Shown here piece after piece: positions 43,424 through 53,382 of a stretch of 64,000 nt of DNA. Position 1 is the stretch's first letter; every line of letters starts with the position of its first letter. Location: the IMG/VR virus record IMGVR_UViG_3300031825_000369. The stretch is one strand, 5' to 3'. A program made the position numbers and the translations under genes. Source of the DNA: a virus. The notes under the pieces are model-generated. The model was not told where the DNA came from. It saw nothing but the letters and a program-made list of their open reading frames with translations, and did not search any database.

Positions 43424-46400
43424 CCCCCACCTCCACACGTTTCGGCCGCTTCACGGGCCAGCCGCCGGATCTCCAGCATCACCGCATCCGGGAGCGGGCG
43501 GTCGCCCGCGAGCTTCTTTGCCTGCACGATCCACAGGTCCGGGTCGAGGGAGCGATGGGCCAGGTCGCGGTAGTAGCCGAGCGACCGCCCGGCCTGCGCC
43601 CGTTCGCGCACGATCGCCGACAGCGCCTCGTCGGTCTGCCGGGAGGCTTCGTCGATCACCCGTTGCGCGCGGGTCAAGTCGTCGCCGGAGAGCTCGCCCG
43701 AGTTGAGGGCGCGCGACGCCGCTTCCATCGCCGCGGTGTTCTCGCGGACGATGTCGTGCAGGGCCGCGACCTGATACCCGTCGAGCCGCTGCAGCTTGGC
43801 CTGGTCGATCTCCAACGGGTTGGCGACCAGCTTGCGCCGGAACTCGTCGCGGAGCGCGCGCTGCGCGTCGAACGACTGGTAGCCACGCTGCGCCTTGAGC
43901 TCGTCGACCCGCGCCTCCACCCGCGCGGCGACGGAGCGCGCGATCGGCGATTGCTCGCCGAGGTACGCTTTCCAGTTGGTCGTGACGTCGGCCGCCGGCT
44001 CCATCGGGGGCCGCGGTTCTGGAGTAGCGCCTGACGGTGCGGCGTCCTGTCCAGCATCTCCAAATTTAGATATGCTCGCCTCAGGCGCCGCCGGCTCCTC
44101 TTCCCCGAACCCGAAGAACGAGTCGTCCGCGTCCGCGAGCTCGTCGGCCGCCCGCATCGCGTCACGCTCGAGTGATTCCTTGAGCCGGTTGGCGTGGATC
44201 ACCCCGTCAGCGATCGAGTCGTCGGAGTGGCCGCGCGACTTGAGCACCGCATCGATGCGTTCCTGGATGCGCTTGTAGTCCTCGAGGTTCTGCAGCGCCT
44301 TCGCTTGGCTCGAGACTTTCCCTTTGCCCGTCGAGACCTGGACCGTGACGGACTGGTCATCGTCGAATGCCGAGCGGTACTGCGCGCGGCGCGTCGCGTC
44401 GGCGACCTTCTCCTGCAGTTCGTCGAGTTCGCGGAACAGTCCCTCATCCGAGACCGATTCCGGGTTGCGCAGCTTCCCGCCTTCGGTGCGCGCTTCCGAG
44501 AACAGTGGCACCTCGCGGCCCGCGCGCTTCGGTCGGAGGTCGGCCCCGGGCGGTTCAGTCCCGCCGAAGCTGACGGGCTCGCCGATCACCGGCGGCGCGT
44601 TGCCCGCAGGGGGCTCCGCCCGTATATTTGCTGTAGAGCCAGTCGGTTCGGCAGGCGCAACTCCGGGAGTAGTCATCCGGCCCGTTCCGCCTTCGCCTGA
44701 GCCGACTGGCTCAAATTTTGTCAGCTGATGATCGTAGTGGAGGCGCCCCGCACTCGTCTCCCGCGCCACGATCTCGACGTGGTAGTCCCTCTCGCCGATG
44801 CGCAGGTAATTCTCGAAACGCAGATAGGCCGGGACTGATCGGGCTTTGGCGGCGTCGCGGTTCGCCTCCGACCCCAGGAACCGCGCGCCCTCGATCAGCT
44901 CCGGCAGCGCATAGACCGCCTGGAGCTTCTCGACGCTGGCACGCGGTTGCAGGGACTCTTTGAGGCCGGTCGTCGAGAATCCGATTTCCCATCCCGTCTC
45001 TCGATTGAGCACCCGGCGCGGATGGAGATGCGTCCTCGCCCACTCGCGCGTGGCCGCGTACCATCGGTGCGCTGGCCCGACTCGGTCGTTCACGACCTCG
45101 TCGCCGGCAATGTGCGGGTACTCTACCTCTCGGTCGCCGACGAACTGGCGCGCGGTACGCACCTGCCCAGGCGGGAGTTGCGCCGGTCCACTGACCGATT
45201 CTGGTGCCGGACGCCGCCCGACCTTCTTGGTGTACTCGGCGATGTCCGACACGCGCGACGAGTAGCGCGGCGCGTCTTCGGGCGAGACGCCGAACACCGA
45301 CACGGGCTGGGACTGCGGCGACTCGACCGGCGGCCGCCACGGCGACGACGGCCCTTCCGTTGGCGTCGGCGGGTTGCGCCGCGCCTCGAGTGCGGCGAGT
45401 CGGGCCGCCCCCTCGTCGCGCGAGATGCGGCGAACGCCCGACTTCGGCACCGCCGGCGCCTCACTCACCGCGGCCGGAGACGGACCCTCGACGCCTTCGA
45501 GCGAGTAGGTCTCGTAGGCGCGGTCCGCCGGCGGCTTCGGGACCCGCGGCGCTTCCGGCGGGAGGTCCGCCCCAACCACGCGCGGCGCCTCCTCGCGGAG
45601 TGCGTCGGTGAGCTCGCGGTAGAGGTCCGCGTACGTCGCCTCGGCCCGCGCGATGTCCTTGCCGAGCGCGAGCCGCGGCACCTTCCCCGCCCCGGCGGGC
45701 CGGCGGGCCGGTGCCATCGCGGGGGCCGCGCGCCCCGGTGCCGGTCCCTTCGCTTCGCGCGCCACGTCGTCGAACGCGCGCACGAACCCCTCGGAGACGT
45801 CCGTGGTGCGCGCGGCGATCGCGCGACTCGTGGCGCCCGTGGCCTTTCCGGCCCCCCTTATCGTGCGGTCGAGCGTGGCGCCCATGAGTGCGCCTAACGC
45901 GGGATCGTCCGGCGACTGCACGGCGCCGAACCCGGCCGCCGCGGCGAGCGGACCCACGACCCGCGACGCCAGCGGGAACGCCGCGTTGGCCACCGTACCG
46001 ACCGCGTCACGCCCCAACTGTTCGCGCGAGATCGCGCCGGGCGTGTCGCGGGTAATTGCCTGCCCAGGCCGCAGTCCGCCGGGAAGCGCGCCGACCTTCC
46101 CGAGCGTGTAATCCCCCTCGGCCACCCGCCCACCCTCGACGGGTGCCGTGAAGAAGCGCACCGGGGCCATGACGACCGCATCCGCGATGGCCTCGGCCGT
46201 CTCCTTCGGATGCGTGACCATCTGTTTTATCGCCGTGCCGTAGCGCTTCAGGAGCGGTGGGCGGTCGGCGGTGTCCTCCTCTAGGAGATCCGAGTATGCC
46301 GCATCCGCGGTCAGCAGATCAGCGTACGGGTCTATGTCACTGGCGCGCGGTCGGATCTCCGGCCGCTGGCCCCGGCGCCTAACGCGACTCGAGTCGGGAC

Positions 46401-46440
46401 GGGTCGGTGCTTGGCCTCCCCCTTTTTCGTTCCCGGTCAC
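43420..46440 (-). CDS. Large DNA-ejection/polyvalent protein with an LPD3-like domain, 1006 aa
   Basis: Internal domain (about 44709-45065): VLNRETGWEIGFSTTGLKE...KLQAVYALPELIEGA...FENYLRIGERDYHVEIVARE...HYDH. Confidence 0.75.
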   Translation of the reverse strand: MTGNEKGGGQAPTRPDSSRVRRRGQRPEIRPRASDIDPYADLLTADAAYSDLLEEDTADRPPLLKRYGTAIKQMVTHPKETAEAIADAVVMAPVRFFTAPVEGGRVAEGDYTLGKVGALPGGLRPGQAITRDTPGAISREQLGRDAVGTVANAAFPLASRVVGPLAAAAGFGAVQSPDDPALGALMGATLDRTIRGAGKATGATSRAIAARTTDVSEGFVRAFDDVAREAKGPAPGRAAPAMAPARRPAGAGKVPRLALGKDIARAEATYADLYRELTDALREEAPRVVGADLPPEAPRVPKPPADRAYETYSLEGVEGPSPAAVSEAPAVPKSGVRRISRDEGAARLAALEARRNPPTPTEGPSSPWRPPVESPQSQPVSVFGVSPEDAPRYSSRVSDIAEYTKKVGRRPAPESVSGPAQLPPGQVRTARQFVGDREVEYPHIAGDEVVNDRVGPAHRWYAATREWARTHLHPRRVLNRETGWEIGFSTTGLKESLQPRASVEKLQAVYALPELIEGARFLGSEANRDAAKARSVPAYLRFENYLRIGERDYHVEIVARETSAGRLHYDHQLTKFEPVGSGEGGTGRMTTPGVAPAEPTGSTANIRAEPPAGNAPPVIGEPVSFGGTEPPGADLRPKRAGREVPLFSEARTEGGKLRNPESVSDEGLFRELDELQEKVADATRRAQYRSAFDDDQSVTVQVSTGKGKVSSQAKALQNLEDYKRIQERIDAVLKSRGHSDDSIADGVIHANRLKESLERDAMRAADELADADDSFFGFGEEEPAAPEASISKFGDAGQDAAPSGATPEPRPPMEPAADVTTNWKAYLGEQSPIARSVAARVEARVDELKAQRGYQSFDAQRALRDEFRRKLVANPLEIDQAKLQRLDGYQVAALHDIVRENTAAMEAASRALNSGELSGDDLTRAQRVIDEASRQTDEALSAIVRERAQAGRSLGYYRDLAHRSLDPDLWIVQAKKLAGDRPLPDAVMLEIRRLAREAAETCGGGG

Positions 46441-47174
46441 GGCGTGCCCGTGCGTTCCTTGAATCTCTGCGTCGCGATCGCCTTCCGCCGTTCCTTCTCG
46501 GCGTCGGGGATCGGGAGCGCCTCGATCTTCTCGAGGGCCCGCTCGTACGCGGCGCGCTCCGGGTCGACGGGCTCGGCGCCGAGATTGATGTTACCGGCCG
46601 CCCCGCCGGGCGCGGCCGACGTGCCCTGGCCCGTAATCGCGTCCCACTCTTCGGCGGCCTTCCGCGCCGCGTCGGCAGGCGCGAGCCCGGGTGCGAGGAG
46701 ACTCGTCTTGGGGTCGCGTTGCGGCTTCGTGAGCTCAGGGACTCGGCCCGCGATGTACCGCTGTCGCGCGTCCTCGCGCGGCGGCCGCGGCGCGCGGTTC
46801 CGTGCGGTCTCCGTGATCCGGTCCCGCGCTTCGACACGCTGATTCGTCGACCGTAGATTCTCCAGGTCGATCCGATCGCGCTGCGCCTGGTCGCGCGCGG
46901 CGCGCGACTCGTCGCGGCGGAGCATCCGCTCCATGGACTCCGCCGTCACGCGGCGCTGAGCTTCCTCCTTCCGGAACGCGAACTCGTCGTCCTCACGCTG
47001 CTGCTGCCGGCGCACGAGCGACTCGGCGAGGATGTCCTTTTGCCGCTGGCGCTCCGCCTCGGCCGCCTGCGCCTCGCGTTGCCGCCGCAGCTCCTCGCCC
47101 TGCATCCGGCCTTGCATGCCCTTCGCGAGCACGCCCGGGGCCGCGCGGAACAGCGCGCCTAAGAGTCCGGCCAT
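46437..47174 (-). CDS. Copy 2 of 1914-2651 (internal virion protein)
   Basis: Identical translation at +44523. Confidence 0.65.
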   Translation of the reverse strand: MAGLLGALFRAAPGVLAKGMQGRMQGEELRRQREAQAAEAERQRQKDILAESLVRRQQQREDDEFAFRKEEAQRRVTAESMERMLRRDESRAARDQAQRDRIDLENLRSTNQRVEARDRITETARNRAPRPPREDARQRYIAGRVPELTKPQRDPKTSLLAPGLAPADAARKAAEEWDAITGQGTSAAPGGAAGNINLGAEPVDPERAAYERALEKIEALPIPDAEKERRKAIATQRFKERTGTP

Positions 47175-47177
47175 GGC

Positions 47178-48602
47178 TTATCTCGTCGGGAGGAGGTCAC
47201 GGACGGACGGCGGGGCGACGTAGGGAACCGCCGTCCCGCCGCCCCCGTTTGCGCTGCGTTGCATGAGGAACTGCGCGAGCAGATCCCCGACGCCTTGCAT
47301 CGCCGCCTCGCCCTGCGCCGAGTACTCGCGGCCCGACTGCGCGAGCGTGCTGGTCGGATCGTAGGCGCTCCCGATCCGAAACGCGTCGTTCATCTGGTCG
47401 CGCTGGCGCCCGTACGCGCGATCGAGCAGGTCCTCCCCCATGGCGCGCTCGCGCACCCGGTTGTTGATGGCGTCCTGATCGAGGCCGTACTGGTACGCGC
47501 GCTCGCCGCGGAGTTCGTCGCGGTCGGTGCGCTCGCTGCCGCTCACGCCTTGCTCGTAGCCGAACAGCGAGCCGAGGCGCGACTGTTCGCGCGCGAAGCC
47601 GCGGTCCCCAAGGTCATCGGCGTAATTCCGCTCGCCGACCGTATCGCCGTAGCTGTCGCGCTCGCGCCCGTAGAGGTCGCGCCCGAGCGTCAGCAGGTTG
47701 CCGAATTGCTCCTGGTTCGCGCGCGCGGCGTTGCCCGCGTACCCGGCCCCGATGCTCCCCACCGTGCCCATCACGTCGCGCGCGGCGCCGAGCTGCGCCA
47801 ACCGATCGTCAAGCGTCTGCCCGGCGGATTCGGTCGCGAGCTGCCGCCGCGCGAGGTCGAGCTCGCGCTCGCGCTGGAGCTGCACGTCGCCGAGTTCGGA
47901 CGTGGTCATCCCCGCGCCGATCCGGCCGAGCGCGGCCGCCCGGGACCCGACGTCGCGCATCTCCTTCTCGAAGCCCGGGCGCGAGCGCTCGAGGAGGAGG
48001 TCGTAGGCGTCGCCCGCGAGCTTCCCGCGGTCCGGGCCCGCCATCACCGCGTCCAAAGCACTCTTGACTTGCGTGTTGAGCCCGCCGATCGCGCCGTCGA
48101 ACGGCGACCCGCCACCGCCCCCCCCGCCCTGCTGGGCCATCTTCAGGAGCTGGTCGTAGACGCCCTGGCTCTGCCCGGTGTTGGCCGGGCCGACCGCGCG
48201 GTATTGCATCCCCGGGAGATTCGCGAGCTGCTGCGCCGCCTGGGTGCTCATGCCTTGCGCGCCGGCGAGACGCTGCGACGCCTGCGGGGTGAACTGCTGC
48301 CCGATGAGACTGTTGCCCGGGCCGAACGACTGGCCCGGCTGCATGTTCGGCCCCCCCGTGCCGCCGCCCGCGCCGCCCTGCGGGATGAACGGTCCGCCGG
48401 TCTGCCCGCCCCCATACGGATTGACCGGTCCACCGGGCGCCACCGGTGACGGGGGCCTCGGCCCGGGAGTCGGCGACGACCACACCGGGAGGGTCGGGCG
48501 CGTCGGGAGCGGGGTCGGGTTCGGGCGCGGGGCCTGCGTCGCCTGGCGGATGATGGAGGCAGGCGGCCGCGCCTGCTCGTCGGTCGTCGCGTAGCTGATC
48601 AT
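47178..48602 (-). CDS. Copy 2 of 2655-4079 (DNA transfer protein)
   Basis: Identical translation. Confidence 0.7.
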   Translation of the reverse strand: MISYATTDEQARPPASIIRQATQAPRPNPTPLPTRPTLPVWSSPTPGPRPPSPVAPGGPVNPYGGGQTGGPFIPQGGAGGGTGGPNMQPGQSFGPGNSLIGQQFTPQASQRLAGAQGMSTQAAQQLANLPGMQYRAVGPANTGQSQGVYDQLLKMAQQGGGGGGGSPFDGAIGGLNTQVKSALDAVMAGPDRGKLAGDAYDLLLERSRPGFEKEMRDVGSRAAALGRIGAGMTTSELGDVQLQRERELDLARRQLATESAGQTLDDRLAQLGAARDVMGTVGSIGAGYAGNAARANQEQFGNLLTLGRDLYGRERDSYGDTVGERNYADDLGDRGFAREQSRLGSLFGYEQGVSGSERTDRDELRGERAYQYGLDQDAINNRVRERAMGEDLLDRAYGRQRDQMNDAFRIGSAYDPTSTLAQSGREYSAQGEAAMQGVGDLLAQFLMQRSANGGGGTAVPYVAPPSVRDLLPTR

Positions 48603-48605
48603 GCG

Positions 48606-49343
48606 TCACCGGTTCGCGAAGGGATTCTCACTGCGGAAGAGCGCGGACAGGTCTTCGCGCGGCGGGGGGGCTTGCAGGGCGAGCATCCGCGCGCGGTCCC
48701 GGAGCGGCGCCCCCGCCTGGTACTCCGCCATGGCGATGTCGGACGCCTGGTTGCGCAGCTGGTCGCCGCGCCGTGCGTCCTTGGCGCTCTGCATGGCGCC
48801 GAGCGCCCCGACGCCGAGTTGCGCGACGTCGCCCCAGGGAATCTTGCTCAGCATGCCGCCCGCTCCACCGCCCCCGCCGAAGATGCTCGACAGCCCGCCG
48901 CCGCCACCGCTCGCCGCCGGTGCGCCACCGCCCGCGAGCAGGCTCGTCGCCGCGCCCTTCGCGCCGCCCGTCGCGTAGCCGGTGCCGGCCCGGAGCGCCG
49001 CGTCCTTGACACCATTCCCGATGACCTGCTGGCCGGCCTGCTTGAGCCCGGCCTTCAACCCCTGACTCGCGATCGTCTTGATGCCGCCGCCGACCGCGCC
49101 GCCGACGCCACCGAGCGCCGCCCCGCTGGCCGCGCCGCCGAGCGCGTTCTTGAAGGCGTTGCCGCCCTTCTTCGTGGCCCCAGCGATCGCCCCGCCGAGC
49201 GCCGCGCCGGCCACGTTGCCAATGCCGGGGATCATCGTGCCCAGGATCGGCAGCGCGATCGGCGCCGCCTTCTGCGCGACCTTGCCGAGCGGCCGGGTGA
49301 CGTTTTTCTCGATCTTGCGTAAGCCCTTCGATAGCCAGGAAAT
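48606..49343 (-). CDS. Copy 2 of 4083-4820 (pilot-like protein, ATT start)
   Basis: Identical sequence. Confidence 0.7.
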   Translation of the reverse strand: MSWLSKGLRKIEKNVTRPLGKVAQKAAPIALPILGTMIPGIGNVAGAALGGAIAGATKKGGNAFKNALGGAASGAALGGVGGAVGGGIKTIASQGLKAGLKQAGQQVIGNGVKDAALRAGTGYATGGAKGAATSLLAGGGAPAASGGGGGLSSIFGGGGGAGGMLSKIPWGDVAQLGVGALGAMQSAKDARRGDQLRNQASDIAMAEYQAGAPLRDRARMLALQAPPPREDLSALFRSENPFANR

Positions 49344-49357
49344 TGTCGTATCCCCCG

Positions 49358-50233
49358 TTAGGGTAGGGTGAACAGCATCCCCGCGCTGCCCGCCTTCGTG
49401 GTGACGTTGTCGCCCACGGCCGAGGACTCCGAGGCGTGCTGGACTTGCAGCGTGCCGGCGTTCGCGCCGGTCCGCAGGATGCCCGTCACGCGCGCGACGA
49501 GCGACACCGCCGAGGCCGGCGACGCGAGCGGCGACACGCGATCCCCGCTCGAGGTGCCGTACCCGACAAACGCCGCCCCCGCGCTGTCGCTGTTCGCCGG
49601 GATCGTCGCCGTGTAGGCGATCGTGGCCCCCGCCGGACAGGTCAGCGCGAGTTGATACCCGACGCTGACATTCGACGTCAGAAACAGGAGATAGAACTCG
49701 AACGCGTACTCCGTGTTGGCCGCGACCGCGAGACTCAGCCCCGTCACGTCCGTGAGCGCCGTGGAGCCCGTGGCATTCCCCACCGGGCCGACGTCGCTCC
49801 CGATCTTCACCGAGGCTTGGGTGCTGGGCGCGCTCGGCGTGTAACTCGGCAGGATCACCCACCCGTAGGTCGCGGGCGTGGCGCTCAGGACCGCCTGCAG
49901 CTGGTGCGTCTCGTGCTGCGTGGCCCACGCGAGCGTCGCCGCCCCGTCGATCGCCTGGCCCCCGGTGCCCTGGAGCGTCACCGTGTTGGCGCCCGCGTTC
50001 GTTTTCTTCGCGGTGAAGCGGCGCCCCAGCACCGTGCTGGCGTCGGGGAGCGTCAGCACCACCGCGCCCCCGGTCGTGTCGACGAGCAGCAGTTCGTCGG
50101 AGTCGACGACGGTGACCGACGCGGTGACGAGTCGCGCGGCGTAAGTGCCGGGCTGCGCCGCGATGTCGCGTTGCCACCGCCGGAGCGTGTCCTCCGGCTT
50201 CTCGCCGGACACGACCGTGAGTTTCGGCGCCAT
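49358..50233 (-). CDS. Copy 2 of 4835-5710 (fibre-like protein)
   Basis: Identical translation. Confidence 0.7.
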   Translation of the reverse strand: MAPKLTVVSGEKPEDTLRRWQRDIAAQPGTYAARLVTASVTVVDSDELLLVDTTGGAVVLTLPDASTVLGRRFTAKKTNAGANTVTLQGTGGQAIDGAATLAWATQHETHQLQAVLSATPATYGWVILPSYTPSAPSTQASVKIGSDVGPVGNATGSTALTDVTGLSLAVAANTEYAFEFYLLFLTSNVSVGYQLALTCPAGATIAYTATIPANSDSAGAAFVGYGTSSGDRVSPLASPASAVSLVARVTGILRTGANAGTLQVQHASESSAVGDNVTTKAGSAGMLFTLP

Positions 50234-50442
50234 TAGGGGACCGTCTCCGGCGCATCCGTGACGTCGAGCACGATCTCGTTGCTATCGGTGTCGATCGCTT
50301 GCAGGTGCCCCGCCGTTATGCCCGCGCCGGCCACCACGACCGCCACCGCGTCCGCGAACCGCCGCGCCGCGGCTTCCGCTTCGCGTTGTCGCTCCAGCAC
50401 CATCGCGATCTGCGCGGGGTGCGCTTTCACTCGCTGCATCAT
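50233..50442 (-). CDS. Copy 2 of 5710-5919
   Basis: Identical translation. Confidence 0.55.
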   Translation of the reverse strand: MMQRVKAHPAQIAMVLERQREAEAAARRFADAVAVVVAGAGITAGHLQAIDTDSNEIVLDVTDAPETVP

Positions 50443-51026
50443 GGGGTGCTGTCCTCCACCCAGGCCGAGGCCCAGGAGCCGGTCCCGGAGAAGCGTTCGT
50501 GCCGCGCGCGGAGTGAGCCGCCCGCGACGCCGCCGGCGAGGATGATTTCCGCCGACGGGACGCCGTCGCTGACGAACGTGTTGTCGGACAGCACCGCCCC
50601 GCCGCCATCGCGGAACTGATAGCGGGTCGTGCAGAACGTTTCGCTCGGGGTGACGGTCCCGCCGTAGGCCCCGCCGCCCAGGTCTCGGAAGTCGACCCCT
50701 GCCGGCGCGGCAGGCGGGTTGATGAATGGGTCCGGCGTCGACACCGGCGCCCACTCCGACGCCACGCCCTGCCGCTCCAGCCGCACGCGGTAGCTCCCGG
50801 CTTCGGTGTACCCAACGATGTCGACGCTGAACGACGTGCCGCTCGCGCTCCCGGTCCCGAACGCCGACCAGACGCCGGAGCCGGGCGCCGATTCCTTCTC
50901 GACCCGCACCGTCAGCGGGCCCGGATTCCCGGCCGTGTTCCCGGTGAACCGCGTCGAGCTCTCCCACTGCGAGGCGAGGAGCCCCGTGGGCTTGGCGACG
51001 TGCGTGCCGTGCATCATCCCGAACAT
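50439..51026 (-). CDS. Copy 2 of 5916-6503 (Fn3-like protein)
   Basis: Identical translation. Confidence 0.6.
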   Translation of the reverse strand: MFGMMHGTHVAKPTGLLASQWESSTRFTGNTAGNPGPLTVRVEKESAPGSGVWSAFGTGSASGTSFSVDIVGYTEAGSYRVRLERQGVASEWAPVSTPDPFINPPAAPAGVDFRDLGGGAYGGTVTPSETFCTTRYQFRDGGGAVLSDNTFVSDGVPSAEIILAGGVAGGSLRARHERFSGTGSWASAWVEDSTP

Positions 51027-51031
51027 GCGCG

Positions 51032-51727
51032 TTAGGCCGTGTAGTTGGCGCCGACCATCGCGCCGAAGTAGGTCGCGCCGTCGTAGTAGAGCGCGATCAG
51101 GTCGACCTTGCTCGCCGTCGTCGTGAGCGTCGGCGCCGTGCCGCCCGACCAGTGCACCGCCGCCGGCCAGGTGATCGTCCGCGAGCCCGTGGCGTCCTGC
51201 GCGATCCGCAACAGGTAGTGCGCCCCCGCCTGCGGGTTCGAGAGCGTGAGCGTGCAATTCGCCGTCAGGGTCAGCTTTTGGGAGTTCCCGCTATTCCAGT
51301 CGATCGTCTTCGCCGCACCGCTGTTCCCGGCGTCGACTTGCGCGCTGTACCCCTGCCCGGCCGCGAGCGCGAGGTTCCCGGCCGTGACCGCGATTCCACC
51401 AGCCACGACCGACACGCCGCCGGCTTGCACGCTGATGCCGCCGCTCGCGACCGTCAGCCCGGTGATCCCGCCTAACGTGCCGGTGATCGTGCTGTTGCCG
51501 GTGACCGTGATCCCGCCGGCCGACACCGTGATCCCGCCCGTCGAGACCGTGATCCCGACGCCCGCGCCCGGCGTGAAGGTCAGGTTCGCCGTGACGGTGC
51601 GGGCCACGTCGGTAAACAGCGCGTAGCTGTTCACCGTCGTCCGGATCGTGTCGAAGTTCTGGTTGACCTGGGCCGACTGGATGGTCGTCCCGGAGGAGAA
51701 CGCGGTCAGGGCGCTGATGAGTGGCAT
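51032..51727 (-). CDS. Copy 2 of 6509-7204 (fibre adaptor)
   Basis: Identical translation. Confidence 0.8.
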   Translation of the reverse strand: MPLISALTAFSSGTTIQSAQVNQNFDTIRTTVNSYALFTDVARTVTANLTFTPGAGVGITVSTGGITVSAGGITVTGNSTITGTLGGITGLTVASGGISVQAGGVSVVAGGIAVTAGNLALAAGQGYSAQVDAGNSGAAKTIDWNSGNSQKLTLTANCTLTLSNPQAGAHYLLRIAQDATGSRTITWPAAVHWSGGTAPTLTTTASKVDLIALYYDGATYFGAMVGANYTA

Positions 51728-51731
51728 GGCG

Positions 51732-53372
51732 TTAGTAAGTCGAGGGGCGTTCGTCGAGCGGCGCGGCCACCGCCGAGACCTGCTGGAGCTGCCACCGCTC
51801 CCCGAGCTCGGCGTGCGTGAGCTCCACTTCGAGCCAGCGGCCCGTCACCTGCCGCAAGCCGGCCGGGAGATGCCGCTCCCCGAGCTCGGTCCCCCACGTG
51901 GCTTGGTCCCACAGCGACACGTCCCACCGCGCGTCCGAGCCCGACGAGGTGACGGAGAGCGGCGTCGCGAGCGGCCAGGTCCCGCGCGGCGTCGCGACGG
52001 TCACGGACACGCCGGTCAGCGTCGTGGGAATGCGGAGCGTCGTATCGAGCCGCGTCCAATGCTTGTCGAGCGCGACGGTGGCGCCCAGGTGGCCCGTCCG
52101 GACGGTGTGCTGGATCGCCACCGCGCCCGCGGCGAAGCCGTCATCCCAGACGTTCCCGGTCGGGACGTCGTGCCAGTAGCAATACCCCTCGTCCACCGTG
52201 GCCGACGTCGAGCCCCCGCCGTGCACGAGCCGCCGCTCGCCGGCCGCGTTCTTCGCCGTCGCCAGCACCGTCGATTGCCAGCCGCGCCAGACGCCTTCAC
52301 AGAGCCCGGTCTTGGGGTTGCACACCACATACGCGTTCGGCTCGTCGTAGCCCGTCTCGGCCACGCCGACGACCACCCGCTCGCCCTGCGGCTCGCCGTC
52401 CCAGAGCGCGATCTCCGCGCGCTCGAACTTGAGCGGGTTGAGCGCCGTCAGGGCGTTCCGCGCCCCGATCCCGACTTCCTCGAGCGCCACGCCGCGCGCC
52501 CGCATGACGCGCCGGTCCGAGGAGAGGAAGTACACATCCTGATCGACCACCATCACGGCCGCGGGCGAGCGACAGCCCACGTGCTCCGAGACCGCCTCGC
52601 GCGTGCCGCTCGAGCGAAAGTCCGTCGTGACTTCGCCGGTCACGAGCGTGACGCTGTTCTGGCGGAACAGGTAAATCGCGTCGTTGGTCGCGGCCCCGGC
52701 GAAGAACGGCGCCGCGTTGGTCTGGCGCAGCGTCCAGGCGTTGTTGTACCCGCCGGCCTCATAGCCGGTGTTGGGCGTCGCGGGCTCGGACCAGACGATC
52801 GTCGTGCGCTCGGTGCTCTTGATCCCGAACAGCTGGCCGTAGTACACCCAGGGCGCGCCGTAGAGCACCGGCGCGTTCGTGAGCTTCGTCAGGCCCGCGC
52901 CCGCGGTGCCGTCCCACGCGAACGGCGTGTTGACGCCGTCCGAGATCACCAGCAGGTCGGCGAAGTTGACGGCGTACACCTTCGCGCTCGCCGACAGCGT
53001 GATGGCGGAGCCCGCGAGGTTCGCGGTCGTGAGGACCTTGGTCCACGCGTCGCCGCCCCAGTCGTAGGTGTAGACTTCGCCCCCCACGACCGCGACCGTG
53101 TACTCGGTGCCGTTGACCTTCGTGAACTGCGCAACCCGCTGGACCGCGCGCGCGCCGACGCTCCCGAGCTGCGCGCCCATCTGGCTAAAGCCCGGGCGCC
53201 CTTCGACCATTGGGGTCTCGGTGTCGGCGTCGCGGATCCAACAATTCACGAGGCGCCCGGCCGCGTCGCCGCGGTTGTCGGCCGACTGGTCGCGATCGTG
53301 CTGCCGGACCGGCGGGCCCCAGTCGTAGCGCCGCGAGCGGGCCGCCGCGGCCACGTAGGCGCGCGCCGTCAT
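51732..53372 (-). CDS. Copy 2 of 7209-8849 (nozzle protein)
   Basis: Identical translation. Confidence 0.75.
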   Translation of the reverse strand: MTARAYVAAAARSRRYDWGPPVRQHDRDQSADNRGDAAGRLVNCWIRDADTETPMVEGRPGFSQMGAQLGSVGARAVQRVAQFTKVNGTEYTVAVVGGEVYTYDWGGDAWTKVLTTANLAGSAITLSASAKVYAVNFADLLVISDGVNTPFAWDGTAGAGLTKLTNAPVLYGAPWVYYGQLFGIKSTERTTIVWSEPATPNTGYEAGGYNNAWTLRQTNAAPFFAGAATNDAIYLFRQNSVTLVTGEVTTDFRSSGTREAVSEHVGCRSPAAVMVVDQDVYFLSSDRRVMRARGVALEEVGIGARNALTALNPLKFERAEIALWDGEPQGERVVVGVAETGYDEPNAYVVCNPKTGLCEGVWRGWQSTVLATAKNAAGERRLVHGGGSTSATVDEGYCYWHDVPTGNVWDDGFAAGAVAIQHTVRTGHLGATVALDKHWTRLDTTLRIPTTLTGVSVTVATPRGTWPLATPLSVTSSGSDARWDVSLWDQATWGTELGERHLPAGLRQVTGRWLEVELTHAELGERWQLQQVSAVAAPLDERPSTY

Positions 53373-53382
53373 CGGTGGCGCC

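Larger units (their letters stand above)
1..44523. mobile_element. One complete unit-length genome of a temperate, probably short-tailed dsDNA phage (circularly permuted, non-integrated form)
   Basis: Packaging, head, tail, lysis, immunity, integration and replication modules are all present. The sequence restarts at 44524. attP is intact with phage genes on both sides, and no tape measure or tail tube gene was recognised. Confidence 0.93.

Noticed and set aside
43405-43445. Frameshift or pseudogene break between the two large ejection ORFs
   Set aside because: The clean ATGA overlap with a GGAGG RBS indicates two coupled genes; no slippery heptamer was seen.
1-44523. CRISPR array, diversity-generating retroelement, invertible tail cassette, transposase, DNA methyltransferase
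   Set aside because: No spaced repeats, reverse transcriptase, TR/VR pair, invertase, IS ends or MTase motifs were seen, and the two copies show no translated differences.
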